A DNA stretch of 64,000 nucleotides from Thermoanaerobaculia bacterium (lineage in GTDB: Bacteria; Acidobacteriota; Thermoanaerobaculia; Multivoradales; Multivoraceae). This document shows, piece by piece, positions 39,927 to 49,292 of the stretch (position 1 is its first letter; each line of letters starts with the position of its first letter). The stretch lies in NCBI GenBank assembly GCA_022822365.1, contig JAJEBV010000043.1, positions 42,811 through 106,810 of the forward strand, read 5' to 3'. A program made the position numbers and the translations under genes. The notes beneath the pieces are model-generated. The model saw only the letters and a list, made by a program, of their open reading frames with translations. It was not told the DNA's origin and ran no database searches.

Positions 39927-41777
39927 TCAGTCCTGGCGGCCCTCCGGCAGTGCGAACACGAACAGACTCCCGCCCCGGGCGCGGGCAGCGCCTTCGGGGG
40001 TGTGGCGGAGACTCCCCGGCCCGGTCGAGATGGCCACGTACTGGCGGCCGTCGACGGCGTAGGAGATCGGGTAGCCCATAGCCGGGGCGCCGATGTTGAC
40101 CTCCCACAAGACCTCGCCGGTCTCGTGGTCGAAGGCGCGGAAGTGTCCGAGCGCGTCGCCGCCGAAGATCAGGCCGCCGCCCGTGGCGACGACGGAGTAG
40201 GTCCCGCCCTCAGTCTCGAACAGCCACTTCGTTTCGCCCGTCACCGCCGAGATCGCGTACACCGTGCCGAGGTACTCCTCGCCGGGCGCCTTGATGTGGT
40301 CGGCGGCCAGGTTGTAGATCGCGACCTGCTGTTCGAACGCCTGCGCCCGCGGACTGTTCGTGTCGCCCGTCGCCAGCATCCGCGCGCACATGTTGCGCAG
40401 CGGGTGATACAGCGTCCGGGTCAGCGGGCTGTAGGAGCCGGCCTCCCAGTCCCTTCCGCCGATCCAGGTTGGACAGACGAGCATCTCCTGCTCCAGCTCC
40501 GTGAAGATGATCTCGGTGTTCTCGACGGCCCGGCCGGTCGTCTCGTCGATGTCGACGACCACGTTCTGCGGCACGGTCGGCCGTGCCCAGAGGAACTCGC
40601 CGGTTTCGCGGTCCAGCGTGTAGACGAAGCCGGTCTTGCCCGGAATGCCGGTCATCACCTTGCGCGTCTCGCCTGGTTCGAGACCCTCCCGGATCCAGCG
40701 CACAGCCTCCGGATCGGGCGACACGGGGAGGTCGACGAGGATCCGCTCGAACGGATGGTCGAGATCCCAGTGGTCGTTCAGGTGCTGGAAGTACCAGCGG
40801 ATCTCGCCCGTGTCCGCCTCGAGCGCCAGGGTCGAGTTGTGGTAGAGGTGGGTCAGATCGGTGCCGCCGAGCATGAACTTCGGCGCGGGCGACGTAACGG
40901 CGGTGCCGAAGTAGATGAGTTCGAGCTCCGGGTCGTAGCTGGGAACCATCCAGGTACCGACGTGGTGGCGCTTCTCGAACGGCACGTCGCCCCAGGTTTC
41001 GTCCCCGGGCTCGCCGGGCGCCGGCATCGTCCGTGTCCGCCAGAGTTCCTCCCCGGTCAGCGCGTCGAGCGCGATCATGATGCAGGACTCCGGTCCGCCC
41101 CAGGGCCGGCAACTGCGTCCGGAGACGACGCGGCCATCCGCGACGATCGGGCCCGAGCTGTGGGTGGCGGGGTTGACCTCCCAGTCCAGGATCCGCGTCT
41201 CCCAGACCAGCTCTCCCGTCTCGGCATCCAGCGCGAAGGCGTGGTTGTCGTCGCTGTTGTTCAGGATCAGCCGGTCGTAGATCGCGATGTTCCGGTTGTT
41301 CTTCGCGTTGAAGCCGACCTGCGCGTAGAGACCCTCGGGCTGTTCCCGCGTGTAGCGCCAGATGAACTCGCCGGTGGTCGAGTCCACCGCCTCGATCGTG
41401 TCCTCGAACGAGGGGATGTAGAGGACGCCGTCGTACGCGAGGGGCGTGATCTCGGACGTTCCCACCTCCACCTCGCGAGCCCAGACAAGGCTCAGGCTGC
41501 CCACATTCTCCCGGTCGATCTGGTCCAGCGGGCTGTAGCCCCAACTGTCGTGGGTCCGCCGGAACATGAGCCACTCCGAATCGGGCGGGTTCTCCAGCAT
41601 CTCGTCCGTGACCGGTACGAACGTCGATCCCCCGTCCTGGGCCGCCAATGCGGCGCCGAACGCGAAGCTCAGGGCAAGCGTCGCAACCACCATCCGGACT
41701 GGGTGCGCCGGCGCCCTCGCCGGCATCCGGCGCGGAGCGCCGGCATCCGGGCACTCCGCCGCGCTAGCGCTCTTCAT
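39927..41777 (-). CDS. PQQ-binding beta-propeller dehydrogenase-like protein
   Basis: GGAGG RBS, signal peptide, WGYSPLDQI, repeated ALDAxTGExxW, HWDLD and PISYAVDGRQYVA. Confidence 0.88.
   Translation of the reverse strand: MKSASAAECPDAGAPRRMPARAPAHPVRMVVATLALSFAFGAALAAQDGGSTFVPVTDEMLENPPDSEWLMFRRTHDSWGYSPLDQIDRENVGSLSLVWAREVEVGTSEITPLAYDGVLYIPSFEDTIEAVDSTTGEFIWRYTREQPEGLYAQVGFNAKNNRNIAIYDRLILNNSDDNHAFALDAETGELVWETRILDWEVNPATHSSGPIVADGRVVSGRSCRPWGGPESCIMIALDALTGEELWRTRTMPAPGEPGDETWGDVPFEKRHHVGTWMVPSYDPELELIYFGTAVTSPAPKFMLGGTDLTHLYHNSTLALEADTGEIRWYFQHLNDHWDLDHPFERILVDLPVSPDPEAVRWIREGLEPGETRKVMTGIPGKTGFVYTLDRETGEFLWARPTVPQNVVVDIDETTGRAVENTEIIFTELEQEMLVCPTWIGGRDWEAGSYSPLTRTLYHPLRNMCARMLATGDTNSPRAQAFEQQVAIYNLAADHIKAPGEEYLGTVYAISAVTGETKWLFETEGGTYSVVATGGGLIFGGDALGHFRAFDHETGEVLWEVNIGAPAMGYPISYAVDGRQYVAISTGPGSLRHTPEGAARARGGSLFVFALPEGRQD
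41701..41772 (+). repeat. REP-like repeat copy inside the 5' end of the PQQ gene (antisense)
   Basis: GGGTGCGCCGGCGCCCTCGCCGGCATCCGGCGCGGAGCGCCGG...CACTCCGCCGCGC matches 12238-12306. Confidence 0.8.
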
Positions 41778-41881
41778 GCAGCGCCTCCGTTTCCTCGCTG
41801 TTCCAACGACAAGACGCGGACTCTAGCCCACGACGACGACCGGCAAGTGACGTCACGGTGAAGTAGCATCGCGCCTTCCGC

Positions 41882-44014
41882 ATGAAGTCGTTGACGCGCC
41901 TCGTCTGTTCGCTGGCCGCTGTTTCGTTCCTGGGCGCCGGCCTCGCCGCCCAGGAGACCGAGTTCGTGCCGGTCACACAGGAGATGCTGAACGACCCGGA
42001 ACCGGGCCAGTGGCTGCACTGGCGCGGAACGCAGAACGCCTGGGGCTACAGCCCGCTCAACCAGATCACGCCCGAGAACGTAGGCCAGCTACGACTGGTC
42101 TGGGCATGGGCGATGGACGACACCGGCCCGCAGGAGGCGGCGCCCCTGATCCACAACGGCGTCATGTACGTGCCGAATCCGGGCAACGTCGTCCAGGCGC
42201 TCGACGCCGCCAACGGCGACCTGCTCTGGGAGTACCGGCCGGAGCCGGTGGGTGACGGAACGGGCGCCTTCGGCCGCGGCGTCCAGAAGAACATCGCGAT
42301 CTTCGGCGACCGGATCTTCGGCGCCAGTTCGCGGGCGACGATCTTCGCGCTCGACGCCAGGAGCGGGAAGCTGATCTGGGAGACGCAGACCGCGGACACG
42401 AGCCTCGGTTACCGCTACACCGCGGGCCCAATCGTCGCCAACGGCAAGCTGGTTACCGGCATCACCGGCTGCGGCCGCTACAAGGACGACGTCTGCTTCA
42501 TTACCGGCCACGATCCGGACACCGGCGAAGAGATCTGGCGCACATCGACGATCGCGCGCCCCGGCGAGCCCGGCGGCGACACCTGGGGCGACCTGCCGCT
42601 TCGCTTCCGCGCCGGCAGCGACGCCTGGATCGCCGGCAGCTACGACCCGGAGCTCAAGATCGTCTACTGGGCCACGTCCCAGGCCAAGCCCTGGGCCCGC
42701 TCCGTCCGCGGCACGGACGGCGACGCGCTGTACACGAACTCGAGCCTGGCGCTCGATCCCGACACCGGCGAACTGCTCTGGTACTACCAGTACCTGCCCG
42801 GCGAGACCCACGACATGGACGAGGTCTTCGAGTCGCTCCTCATCGACGTCGACGGCCGCAAGAAGCTCTACAAGATGGGCAAGCTCGGCATCCTCTGGGA
42901 GCTCGACCGGGAGACGGGCGAGTTCCTGGACGCGATCGACGTCGGCTACCAGAACCTGGTCGACGTGGACCGGGAGACGGGCGAGGTGACCTACCGCCCG
43001 GAACTGATCCCGGAAATCGGGGTCGAGATCAACATGTGCCCGAGCACGTCCGGCTTCAAGAGCTGGCGCGCCATGTCGTACGACCCGAACACCGGCGCCC
43101 TCTACATCCCGATGACGATGAACTGTGAGCTGGCGACGTTCGGCCCGGTCGAGCGGGTGCTCGGCGGCGGCGGCGCGGGTCCGGTCAAGCGGATCAACAC
43201 GCTACATCCGTACTCCGGCGGCAACCTCGGCGAGTTGCTGGTCATCGACGTCCGCGAGGGGGACATCATGTGGCGGCACCGGACGCTCTCGCCGATCAAC
43301 ACCGCGGCCCTCGCGACCGGAGGCGGAGTCGTCTTCGCGGGCGACTACGACCGCTACGTCTACGCCTACGACGCCCGCACCGGTCGGATCCTCTGGCAGA
43401 CGAGGCTGCCCACCTCGGCCCAGGGCTTCCCGGTGACCTACCTCGCCGGCGGTCGCCAGTACGTCGCGATCCCGGTGGGGACCGGCGGCGCCAGTTGGGC
43501 CACGATGGTGCCGCGCGACCTGATCCCCCACATCCGACGTCCGAGCAACGGCAACTCGATCCACGTCTTCGCGCTGCCGGCCGACCTGCCGGCGGCCGCA
43601 GGGGACGCCACCCGGATCGCCGAGGCCGACCGTGAGGCCGTCGGAGCGGCCGAGGCCTCTCTGACCGTCTGGGACGGCGTCTACACCGCCGAGCAGGCAG
43701 AACGGGGCGCCGTCGCCTACCGCGAGACCTGCGCCACCTGCCACGGCGACGATCTCGGCGGCGGCAGCAACTCGCCGGGACTGGTCGGCGTCAGCTTCCA
43801 GTTCCTGTGGGGCGACAAGACCCTGCACGAGCTGTACGAGGCGATGCGGACGACCATGCCGACCGACAACCCGGCCAGCCTGCCGCGCGAGACTTACCTG
43901 GACATCCTCACCTTCATGCTGAGGACGAACGAGTTCCCGGCCGGCGAGACGGCTCTCGATAGCGATCCCGCCGCGCTAGGCAGCATCCTGATCACCGAGC
44001 AGCCCGACGCCTAG
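41882..44014 (+). CDS. PQQ-dependent dehydrogenase with C-terminal cytochrome c domain
   Basis: Signal peptide, WGYSPLNQI, propeller W-repeats and GRQYVAI, then GVYTAEQAERG...CATCHG with a distal TMP. Confidence 0.9.
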   Translation: MKSLTRLVCSLAAVSFLGAGLAAQETEFVPVTQEMLNDPEPGQWLHWRGTQNAWGYSPLNQITPENVGQLRLVWAWAMDDTGPQEAAPLIHNGVMYVPNPGNVVQALDAANGDLLWEYRPEPVGDGTGAFGRGVQKNIAIFGDRIFGASSRATIFALDARSGKLIWETQTADTSLGYRYTAGPIVANGKLVTGITGCGRYKDDVCFITGHDPDTGEEIWRTSTIARPGEPGGDTWGDLPLRFRAGSDAWIAGSYDPELKIVYWATSQAKPWARSVRGTDGDALYTNSSLALDPDTGELLWYYQYLPGETHDMDEVFESLLIDVDGRKKLYKMGKLGILWELDRETGEFLDAIDVGYQNLVDVDRETGEVTYRPELIPEIGVEINMCPSTSGFKSWRAMSYDPNTGALYIPMTMNCELATFGPVERVLGGGGAGPVKRINTLHPYSGGNLGELLVIDVREGDIMWRHRTLSPINTAALATGGGVVFAGDYDRYVYAYDARTGRILWQTRLPTSAQGFPVTYLAGGRQYVAIPVGTGGASWATMVPRDLIPHIRRPSNGNSIHVFALPADLPAAAGDATRIAEADREAVGAAEASLTVWDGVYTAEQAERGAVAYRETCATCHGDDLGGGSNSPGLVGVSFQFLWGDKTLHELYEAMRTTMPTDNPASLPRETYLDILTFMLRTNEFPAGETALDSDPAALGSILITEQPDA

Positions 44015-44033
44015 CCCGACAGACCACGAAGTG

Positions 44034-44194
44034 CCGAGTGTCGGTGCGCCGGCCTTCTGGCCGGCATCAGCGCGCCGCCGCGGAGCGGCCTGCGCGAGTC
44101 CCTGCGACTAAGAAGGGAGCCGGCCTACGGCCGGCGCGTCTTCCTGGCCGCCTGCGGCGGCAGCCGGCCAGAGGGCCGGCGCACCGACACTCGG
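44034..44194. repeat. 161-bp REPIN/MITE-like element with 32-bp terminal inverted repeats
   Basis: CCGAGTGTCGGTGCGCCGGCCTTCTGGCCGGC (44034-44065) versus its inverse at 44163-44194, one mismatch. Lies between convergent genes. Confidence 0.85.
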
Positions 44195-44198
44195 TCCA

Positions 44199-45824
44199 TC
44201 AATCGACCTCGCTGTTCTCCGGGACCGCCTCCACCAGCAGCGCCAGCGCGCTCTCCAGCGACACACCGGCATGGCCGCCGAACGAGCCCTCGTACAGCCC
44301 GAGGCGCACGACCACCATCTCGTGCGACGGCACGATGATCGTGCTCTGGCCGCCGGCGCCCTGCATGCTGAACGCGCTCTCGGGTAGCGACGGATAACGC
44401 CGCTGGCCGCCGCGCGGGGGCTGGTTGATCCAGAAGAAACCGCCGTAGATCGGCCGGCCGTCGGCCACCCAGGCCGGGGCCGGCGTGCTGACGAACTCCA
44501 CGAAGCCCTCGGGCAGCACGCGCTCCCCGGTCGGCGAGACGCCGTCGTCCAGGTAGAGCTGGCCGAGCCGCGCCCACGTACGGCCGGAGCCGAAGCCGTA
44601 GCCGTTCAGCAGGAAGTTGCCGTAGGGGTCCGCCTCGGCGACGAAGCGCCGGACGCCGATCCGGTCGAAGAGGTGCTTCTGGGGAAACTGGTGGTAGTTC
44701 TCGCCCCGGCCCTCGACCGCCAGCCGCACCAGGTGGTTGGTCAGGATCGGATCGCAGTTCCGGTAGCGGCCTATGGTGTTCGGCGGCCACTGTGGAGGCC
44801 GATCCGTGGCCCAGAGGTGGGAGTTCACCGTGCCGGTGTAGAGGTAGAGGTGGTCCGGGTAGCCCATCGCCGCCTCGTCGTACTCCGGATCGCCGGCGTT
44901 CACGCAGCGCAAGCCGCTCGACATGCGGAGGATGTCCTGGATGCGGATCGTGCCGCGGACGTCGTCCGGGCCCTCGTGCCAGGAGTCGACCGGCGCCAAC
45001 TGGTCGAGCGTGTACTCGCCCTGCTCGATCAGGACGCCCATCAGGGTCGCCGACAGGCTCTTGTTCATCGACCAGCTCTCGAGGGGCGTGTCCTTGTCGA
45101 TGCCCTCGCGGTAGCGCTCGGCGATGAGCCGGCCGCGGTGCAGCACGACGAAGGCGAGAGTCATCGCGTCGGGGTCGAAGGCCGTGTCCACGGCGGCCAC
45201 GAGCTTCTCCGCGTCGACGTCGTCCGGGAAGGGCTCGTCCGGCAGTCGGTCGCCCATCGGCCAGATTGCGTCCTCGTCCAGCGTGCTGGTGACCGGAACC
45301 GTCTCGTAGAACGGCGCGTCCTCGCCCTGCGGCAGGGCGACGCAGCCCTGGTCGCCGTGGAGAACGGCGGTCCGCGTTACGCCGGTGTCCGTCGTGATGT
45401 GGACCTGCCCGTTCTCTCGGTCGAGGACGCGTTCCGGCAGCCGGTCCCGGTACTGGTGGCGCGAAGTGAACCCGCCGATCTGTGTCCAGGCGTCCTCGAA
45501 ATCGAGTCCGGTCAGGAAGACGGCCGAGCACAGGACCTTCGCGAACCCGGCGGCCTCATGCTCGATGAAGTCGCCCGGCGGCGGCACGCGGACGGTGTCC
45601 AGCTCGTGCTCCTGTCCCCGCGCCACCAGGCTCTCGCCCAGCGTCGGTTCCTGACCGGCCGCCGGTGCCGGGTTCCCGCCGTTGTCGGCGCAGCCCGCGA
45701 GCAGCGCCGCCGCCAGGAAAGCAGGACCTGCTCGCCCGGCAGAACGGCGCTTCGCGCCGGATGCCGGCGAGGGCGCCGGCGCACCCAGTTCCGGAACCGA
45801 CGCTCGGTGTGCCGTCTCTGCCAC
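44199..45824 (-). CDS. Serine hydrolase (beta-lactamase/AmpC-like family) lipoprotein
   Basis: SWSMNKS (SxxK), YRN, ILRMSSGL and lipobox LLAGC. GTG 45824 follows AGGAGG. Confidence 0.85.
   Translation of the reverse strand: MAETAHRASVPELGAPAPSPASGAKRRSAGRAGPAFLAAALLAGCADNGGNPAPAAGQEPTLGESLVARGQEHELDTVRVPPPGDFIEHEAAGFAKVLCSAVFLTGLDFEDAWTQIGGFTSRHQYRDRLPERVLDRENGQVHITTDTGVTRTAVLHGDQGCVALPQGEDAPFYETVPVTSTLDEDAIWPMGDRLPDEPFPDDVDAEKLVAAVDTAFDPDAMTLAFVVLHRGRLIAERYREGIDKDTPLESWSMNKSLSATLMGVLIEQGEYTLDQLAPVDSWHEGPDDVRGTIRIQDILRMSSGLRCVNAGDPEYDEAAMGYPDHLYLYTGTVNSHLWATDRPPQWPPNTIGRYRNCDPILTNHLVRLAVEGRGENYHQFPQKHLFDRIGVRRFVAEADPYGNFLLNGYGFGSGRTWARLGQLYLDDGVSPTGERVLPEGFVEFVSTPAPAWVADGRPIYGGFFWINQPPRGGQRRYPSLPESAFSMQGAGGQSTIIVPSHEMVVVRLGLYEGSFGGHAGVSLESALALLVEAVPENSEVD
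45745..45795 (-). repeat. REP-like repeat copy inside the 5' end of the serine hydrolase gene
   Basis: Reverse complement reads TCCGGAACTGGGTGCGCCGGCGCCCTCGCCGGCATCCGGCGCGAAGCGCCG. Confidence 0.8.
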
Positions 45825-45832
45825 GCCGCCTC

Positions 45833-47842
45833 CTACTCCGGCCGGTACCAGATCGGCGACGTCCAGGCCATCTCCTGGATCGTCTCGGGATAGGAGCCGT
45901 CCGAGCACACGGCGGGACGGTCTTCCGGGGCGAGGCGCTGGCAGTCGTGCCAGCTCCAGCGCAGGCTGGGGTTCTCGACCACCCGCAGATAGTAGTAGGC
46001 GTGCAGGCCGGCATCGAAGTCCTCGTCGCGGTAGACCGTGCAGAGGGTGTCGTGCCCGTCGCCGCTTCGCTCGCCGGTCGCCGGATCGACGCTCGCTCCG
46101 TTCTCCGGCGACCCGGCGATCGAGATGACCTGGGTGCGGCCCGTCCCGTCGGCGTCGACCCAGCCCTTGACGAGCTGGAGTTGCTGCAGGAGCCCGGCGC
46201 CGTCCGCCGGGTCGCGGGCGGCGAAGGCGAGGAAGGTCGGCGCCGCGCCGGCGGACGCTTCCGTCAGGTCGCCGCCCATCGGCACGCCGCCGGCGTAGGC
46301 CCGCTCGAACAGATCCGCCTGGTCGCACAGGTTCTCGGAGTAGCTCCAGCCGCCGAAGAACCGGGGCCGGATCCGCGGGCCCGAAGTGCCGAACACCTCG
46401 CGGCGTTCCATCGCCTCGAAGATCGCGTCGCGGGAGTTCTCGACCGCCCAGACGCCCGCCAGACCGCCCGGGTTGCCGTCGATGCCGCTCGTGAGCAAGC
46501 CCGGCTGCAGCCGCTCCTCGGGCGTCGCTTCCAGGGTAACCGCGCCCCGCCAGTCCTCTTCCGCCACCGCCCCCGGCGTCGCCGTGTGCGTGTCGGTCGA
46601 GGCGATGATGCCGAGCTTGACCGGATTGAGCCCGGTCTCCATCTCCTCCTCCAGGCCGACGACGAGCGCCGGGCGAACGAAGTCCGTCCGGCCGACGCAG
46701 CCGGCGCCCAGCATGCCCTGGTTGCCGTTCTCACCCTCCGGGCACTCCTCGGTCAGCAAGGTCGTCTCGCCCGAAAGCAGGGACTGGACCGTTTCTTCGC
46801 GGCCCAGCACGCGCACCGCCTCCACGTCGCAGAGTTCGTCCGGCTCGGCAAAGACGGTCGACAGGCCGTTGATGCACTCGGAGCCGCCCTTGTGCTGGAA
46901 GATCTCGATGATCGGCTCGCGTTCCAACCGCTTCTGCGCGTAGGCGCGGCGCGCTTCCAGCGTTTCGTCGAGTCCGCGGTATGGCGCCATCCGGCCGTTC
47001 GCGAGATTGCTGTTGTGCGGGATCGTCAGATACTCGCAATCCGGCCGGGACGACCCGTCGCCGCAGACTTCGTCAAGGCGCTGCCAAAGCAGGCTGTCCG
47101 TGGGCGCGTCGATGTAGGACACCGGCAGCTCCGGCGCCTCCGAGCCCCGGAAGACGACGTTCCGGTGGTAGTTCGAGATCCCCGGCGTGCCGGTGTACTC
47201 GTAGCCGACGAAGGAGGTGAAGCTGCATGCCTCCGTCCGGTCGTAGGCGTCCTCCGCCGCTTCGATGATCTCCTGCCACGGGCTCATCGCCCACTCGAGG
47301 CAGAGCGCGCCGCCCTCGCCGCAGATGTCCTCCGTCCTGCTCGGCGTCTCGGTCGTGATGACGGCGCCGAGCATCTGCATCCCCAACCGCTGGTTCGAGC
47401 GGAACGTGGTGCAGAACTCCGAGCCGTAGCGCGGCGATTCGGGATCCCGGCACAGGCGGCGCTCGCCCAGAAACTCGCCGTGGTCGGTGACCGCGACGAA
47501 GTCGAGCGGCCGGTCGATCGTGATGCTGCCCGCCGGCGCACCGTCCTCGGCGATGGGCCAGAACGGGATCGCCTCGCCCTTCGCGAAGCGGTAGGCGTCC
47601 GCCGGCGTCGCGCCGGTGCTGTTCGCCGCCGCGTCGAAGGAGAAGCTGGTGTGAACGTGCAGGTCGCCGAAGAGCGCCTGGCGAAGCGGCGTGGCGTCGA
47701 GGCAGGCGGGCCGGTCTTCGGTGCGGGTGACGACGGCGCCAGAGACACTCCCGTCCGCGGCTCCCTCTTCGCCCGGCACCGCGCAGGCGGGAACGGCGAA
47801 CACAAGAAGCAGTAGCAGGAGGCAGCGCGGCTCGGCTCTCAT
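45833..47842 (-). CDS. DUF3604-domain (PHP-like) exported protein
   Basis: GDLHVHTSFSFDA, VTDHGE, YHRNVVF, IPHNSN, EIFQHKG, STDTH and EMAWTSPIWY. Confidence 0.88.
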   Translation of the reverse strand: MRAEPRCLLLLLLVFAVPACAVPGEEGAADGSVSGAVVTRTEDRPACLDATPLRQALFGDLHVHTSFSFDAAANSTGATPADAYRFAKGEAIPFWPIAEDGAPAGSITIDRPLDFVAVTDHGEFLGERRLCRDPESPRYGSEFCTTFRSNQRLGMQMLGAVITTETPSRTEDICGEGGALCLEWAMSPWQEIIEAAEDAYDRTEACSFTSFVGYEYTGTPGISNYHRNVVFRGSEAPELPVSYIDAPTDSLLWQRLDEVCGDGSSRPDCEYLTIPHNSNLANGRMAPYRGLDETLEARRAYAQKRLEREPIIEIFQHKGGSECINGLSTVFAEPDELCDVEAVRVLGREETVQSLLSGETTLLTEECPEGENGNQGMLGAGCVGRTDFVRPALVVGLEEEMETGLNPVKLGIIASTDTHTATPGAVAEEDWRGAVTLEATPEERLQPGLLTSGIDGNPGGLAGVWAVENSRDAIFEAMERREVFGTSGPRIRPRFFGGWSYSENLCDQADLFERAYAGGVPMGGDLTEASAGAAPTFLAFAARDPADGAGLLQQLQLVKGWVDADGTGRTQVISIAGSPENGASVDPATGERSGDGHDTLCTVYRDEDFDAGLHAYYYLRVVENPSLRWSWHDCQRLAPEDRPAVCSDGSYPETIQEMAWTSPIWYRPE

Positions 47843-47947
47843 TCAGTTCTCCAAGGCTGGGGATGTGGAAACCGACCGTCCGGGGCCGGCGCCCGACGCT
47901 ATCGCCCTCTATAGTGACTTCAACCCACTTCCAAGAGGAGAACGAAG

Positions 47948-49288
47948 ATGAAGCCTTCGCTGCCGACCGTTCTCGCCGCCGCCCTGGCCGCAACCGCCAT
48001 CGCCGCACCCGCTTCGAGCGCCGAACCCGACGACGTGCGCTCGAGGTGGGAAACCTCCTGCATGATCCGGCACGACAAGTTCGACTACGTTCTGCCGGGC
48101 GCCATGCGCCGCAACGGCATCGACATGTGGATCGTGATCGACCGGGGCCGCGGCACCCAGCCGATGACGCTCGACTTCGCCATCTCCACGGTGAACGGCC
48201 AAGGGTTCTTCATCTTCACCGACCGCGGTGGCGACCGCATCGAACGGATCCAGCTCGGCCCCGAGACCGACCTGGCCACGGAGTGCGGCGCCTACGACCG
48301 CTTCGGCAATGCCGACGAACTCCGGTCGATCGTCGAGGAGCGCGATCCGGAGACCATCGGCCTGAACTACCTCGCCGTGCCGTACGAGAGCGAGGGACTC
48401 CACGTCGCCGACGGACTCACCCACTCCGACTTCAAGTTCCTGACGAGCGAACTCGGCGAGAAGTACGCGGCGCGGTTCACCTCGGCCCAGCACCTGATCG
48501 CCGACTTCCACGGCGAGCGGGTTGCCGGCGAGATCGTCGAGTTCTCGAGGGTCGCCGACCTCACCCGCCGGCTCCTGGAGCGGGCGCTGTCCAACGAGGT
48601 CATCACCCCGGGCAAGACGACCCACAACGACGTCGCGCGCTGGCTGGAGCTGAAGCTGCACGACTACGATCTGCTGCGCGCCTGGTACCCGACCGTGTAC
48701 AGCCACCGCCCGGACGGCAGCGAGATCGGCGGCACCGAGCGGGTCATCCAGCGCGGCGACGTGCTCCAGATCGACTGGGGCGCCGGCCGGAACAACTTCT
48801 CGACCGACATGAAGCGCTTCGCCTACGTCCTGCGCGAGGGCGAGACCGAACCGCCCCCCGGCGTGCTGAGGACCTTCGCCGAATCGAAGAAGGTGCAGGA
48901 GATCATCCGCAAGCACGTCCGCTCCGGCCGTACCGGCCGCGAACAGTTCGACGAACTGAAGCAGCTCATCCGGGACGCCGGCTATGTCTACACCGAACTC
49001 GAGGAGGCCGCCCAGGACGCGCCCGGCATCGAGGTCAACGTCGGCATGCACGCGGCAGGCAACATCGGCCACGACATGGCCGCCAGCCTGTTCGAGATCT
49101 TCCCGGAGAGGACCAAGTACGTCGTCCGCCCCAACTCGATCATCTCGCTCGAGTACATCGTCTTCATGCCGGCCGAGGAGTGGGACGGCAACAAGATCCC
49201 GATCAACGTCGAGGAAAACGCGTTGATCACGGAGCGCGGCATCGAGTGGCTCCATCCGCCGCAGGCGCGGGTGCTGGTGATTCGATAG
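47948..49288 (+). CDS. Exported M24-family (Xaa-Pro) metallopeptidase
   Basis: Signal peptide, VIQRGDVLQID, STDMKRFAYVL, H...IGH, SLE and VEEN. Confidence 0.8.
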   Translation: MKPSLPTVLAAALAATAIAAPASSAEPDDVRSRWETSCMIRHDKFDYVLPGAMRRNGIDMWIVIDRGRGTQPMTLDFAISTVNGQGFFIFTDRGGDRIERIQLGPETDLATECGAYDRFGNADELRSIVEERDPETIGLNYLAVPYESEGLHVADGLTHSDFKFLTSELGEKYAARFTSAQHLIADFHGERVAGEIVEFSRVADLTRRLLERALSNEVITPGKTTHNDVARWLELKLHDYDLLRAWYPTVYSHRPDGSEIGGTERVIQRGDVLQIDWGAGRNNFSTDMKRFAYVLREGETEPPPGVLRTFAESKKVQEIIRKHVRSGRTGREQFDELKQLIRDAGYVYTELEEAAQDAPGIEVNVGMHAAGNIGHDMAASLFEIFPERTKYVVRPNSIISLEYIVFMPAEEWDGNKIPINVEENALITERGIEWLHPPQARVLVIR

Positions 49289-49292
49289 CGGG

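Noticed and set aside
39927-44014. Calling the PQQ proteins lanthanide-dependent alcohol dehydrogenases (xoxF/pedH)
   Set aside because: D-x-D also occurs in glucose-dehydrogenase-like quinoproteins, and the vicinal disulfide is absent.
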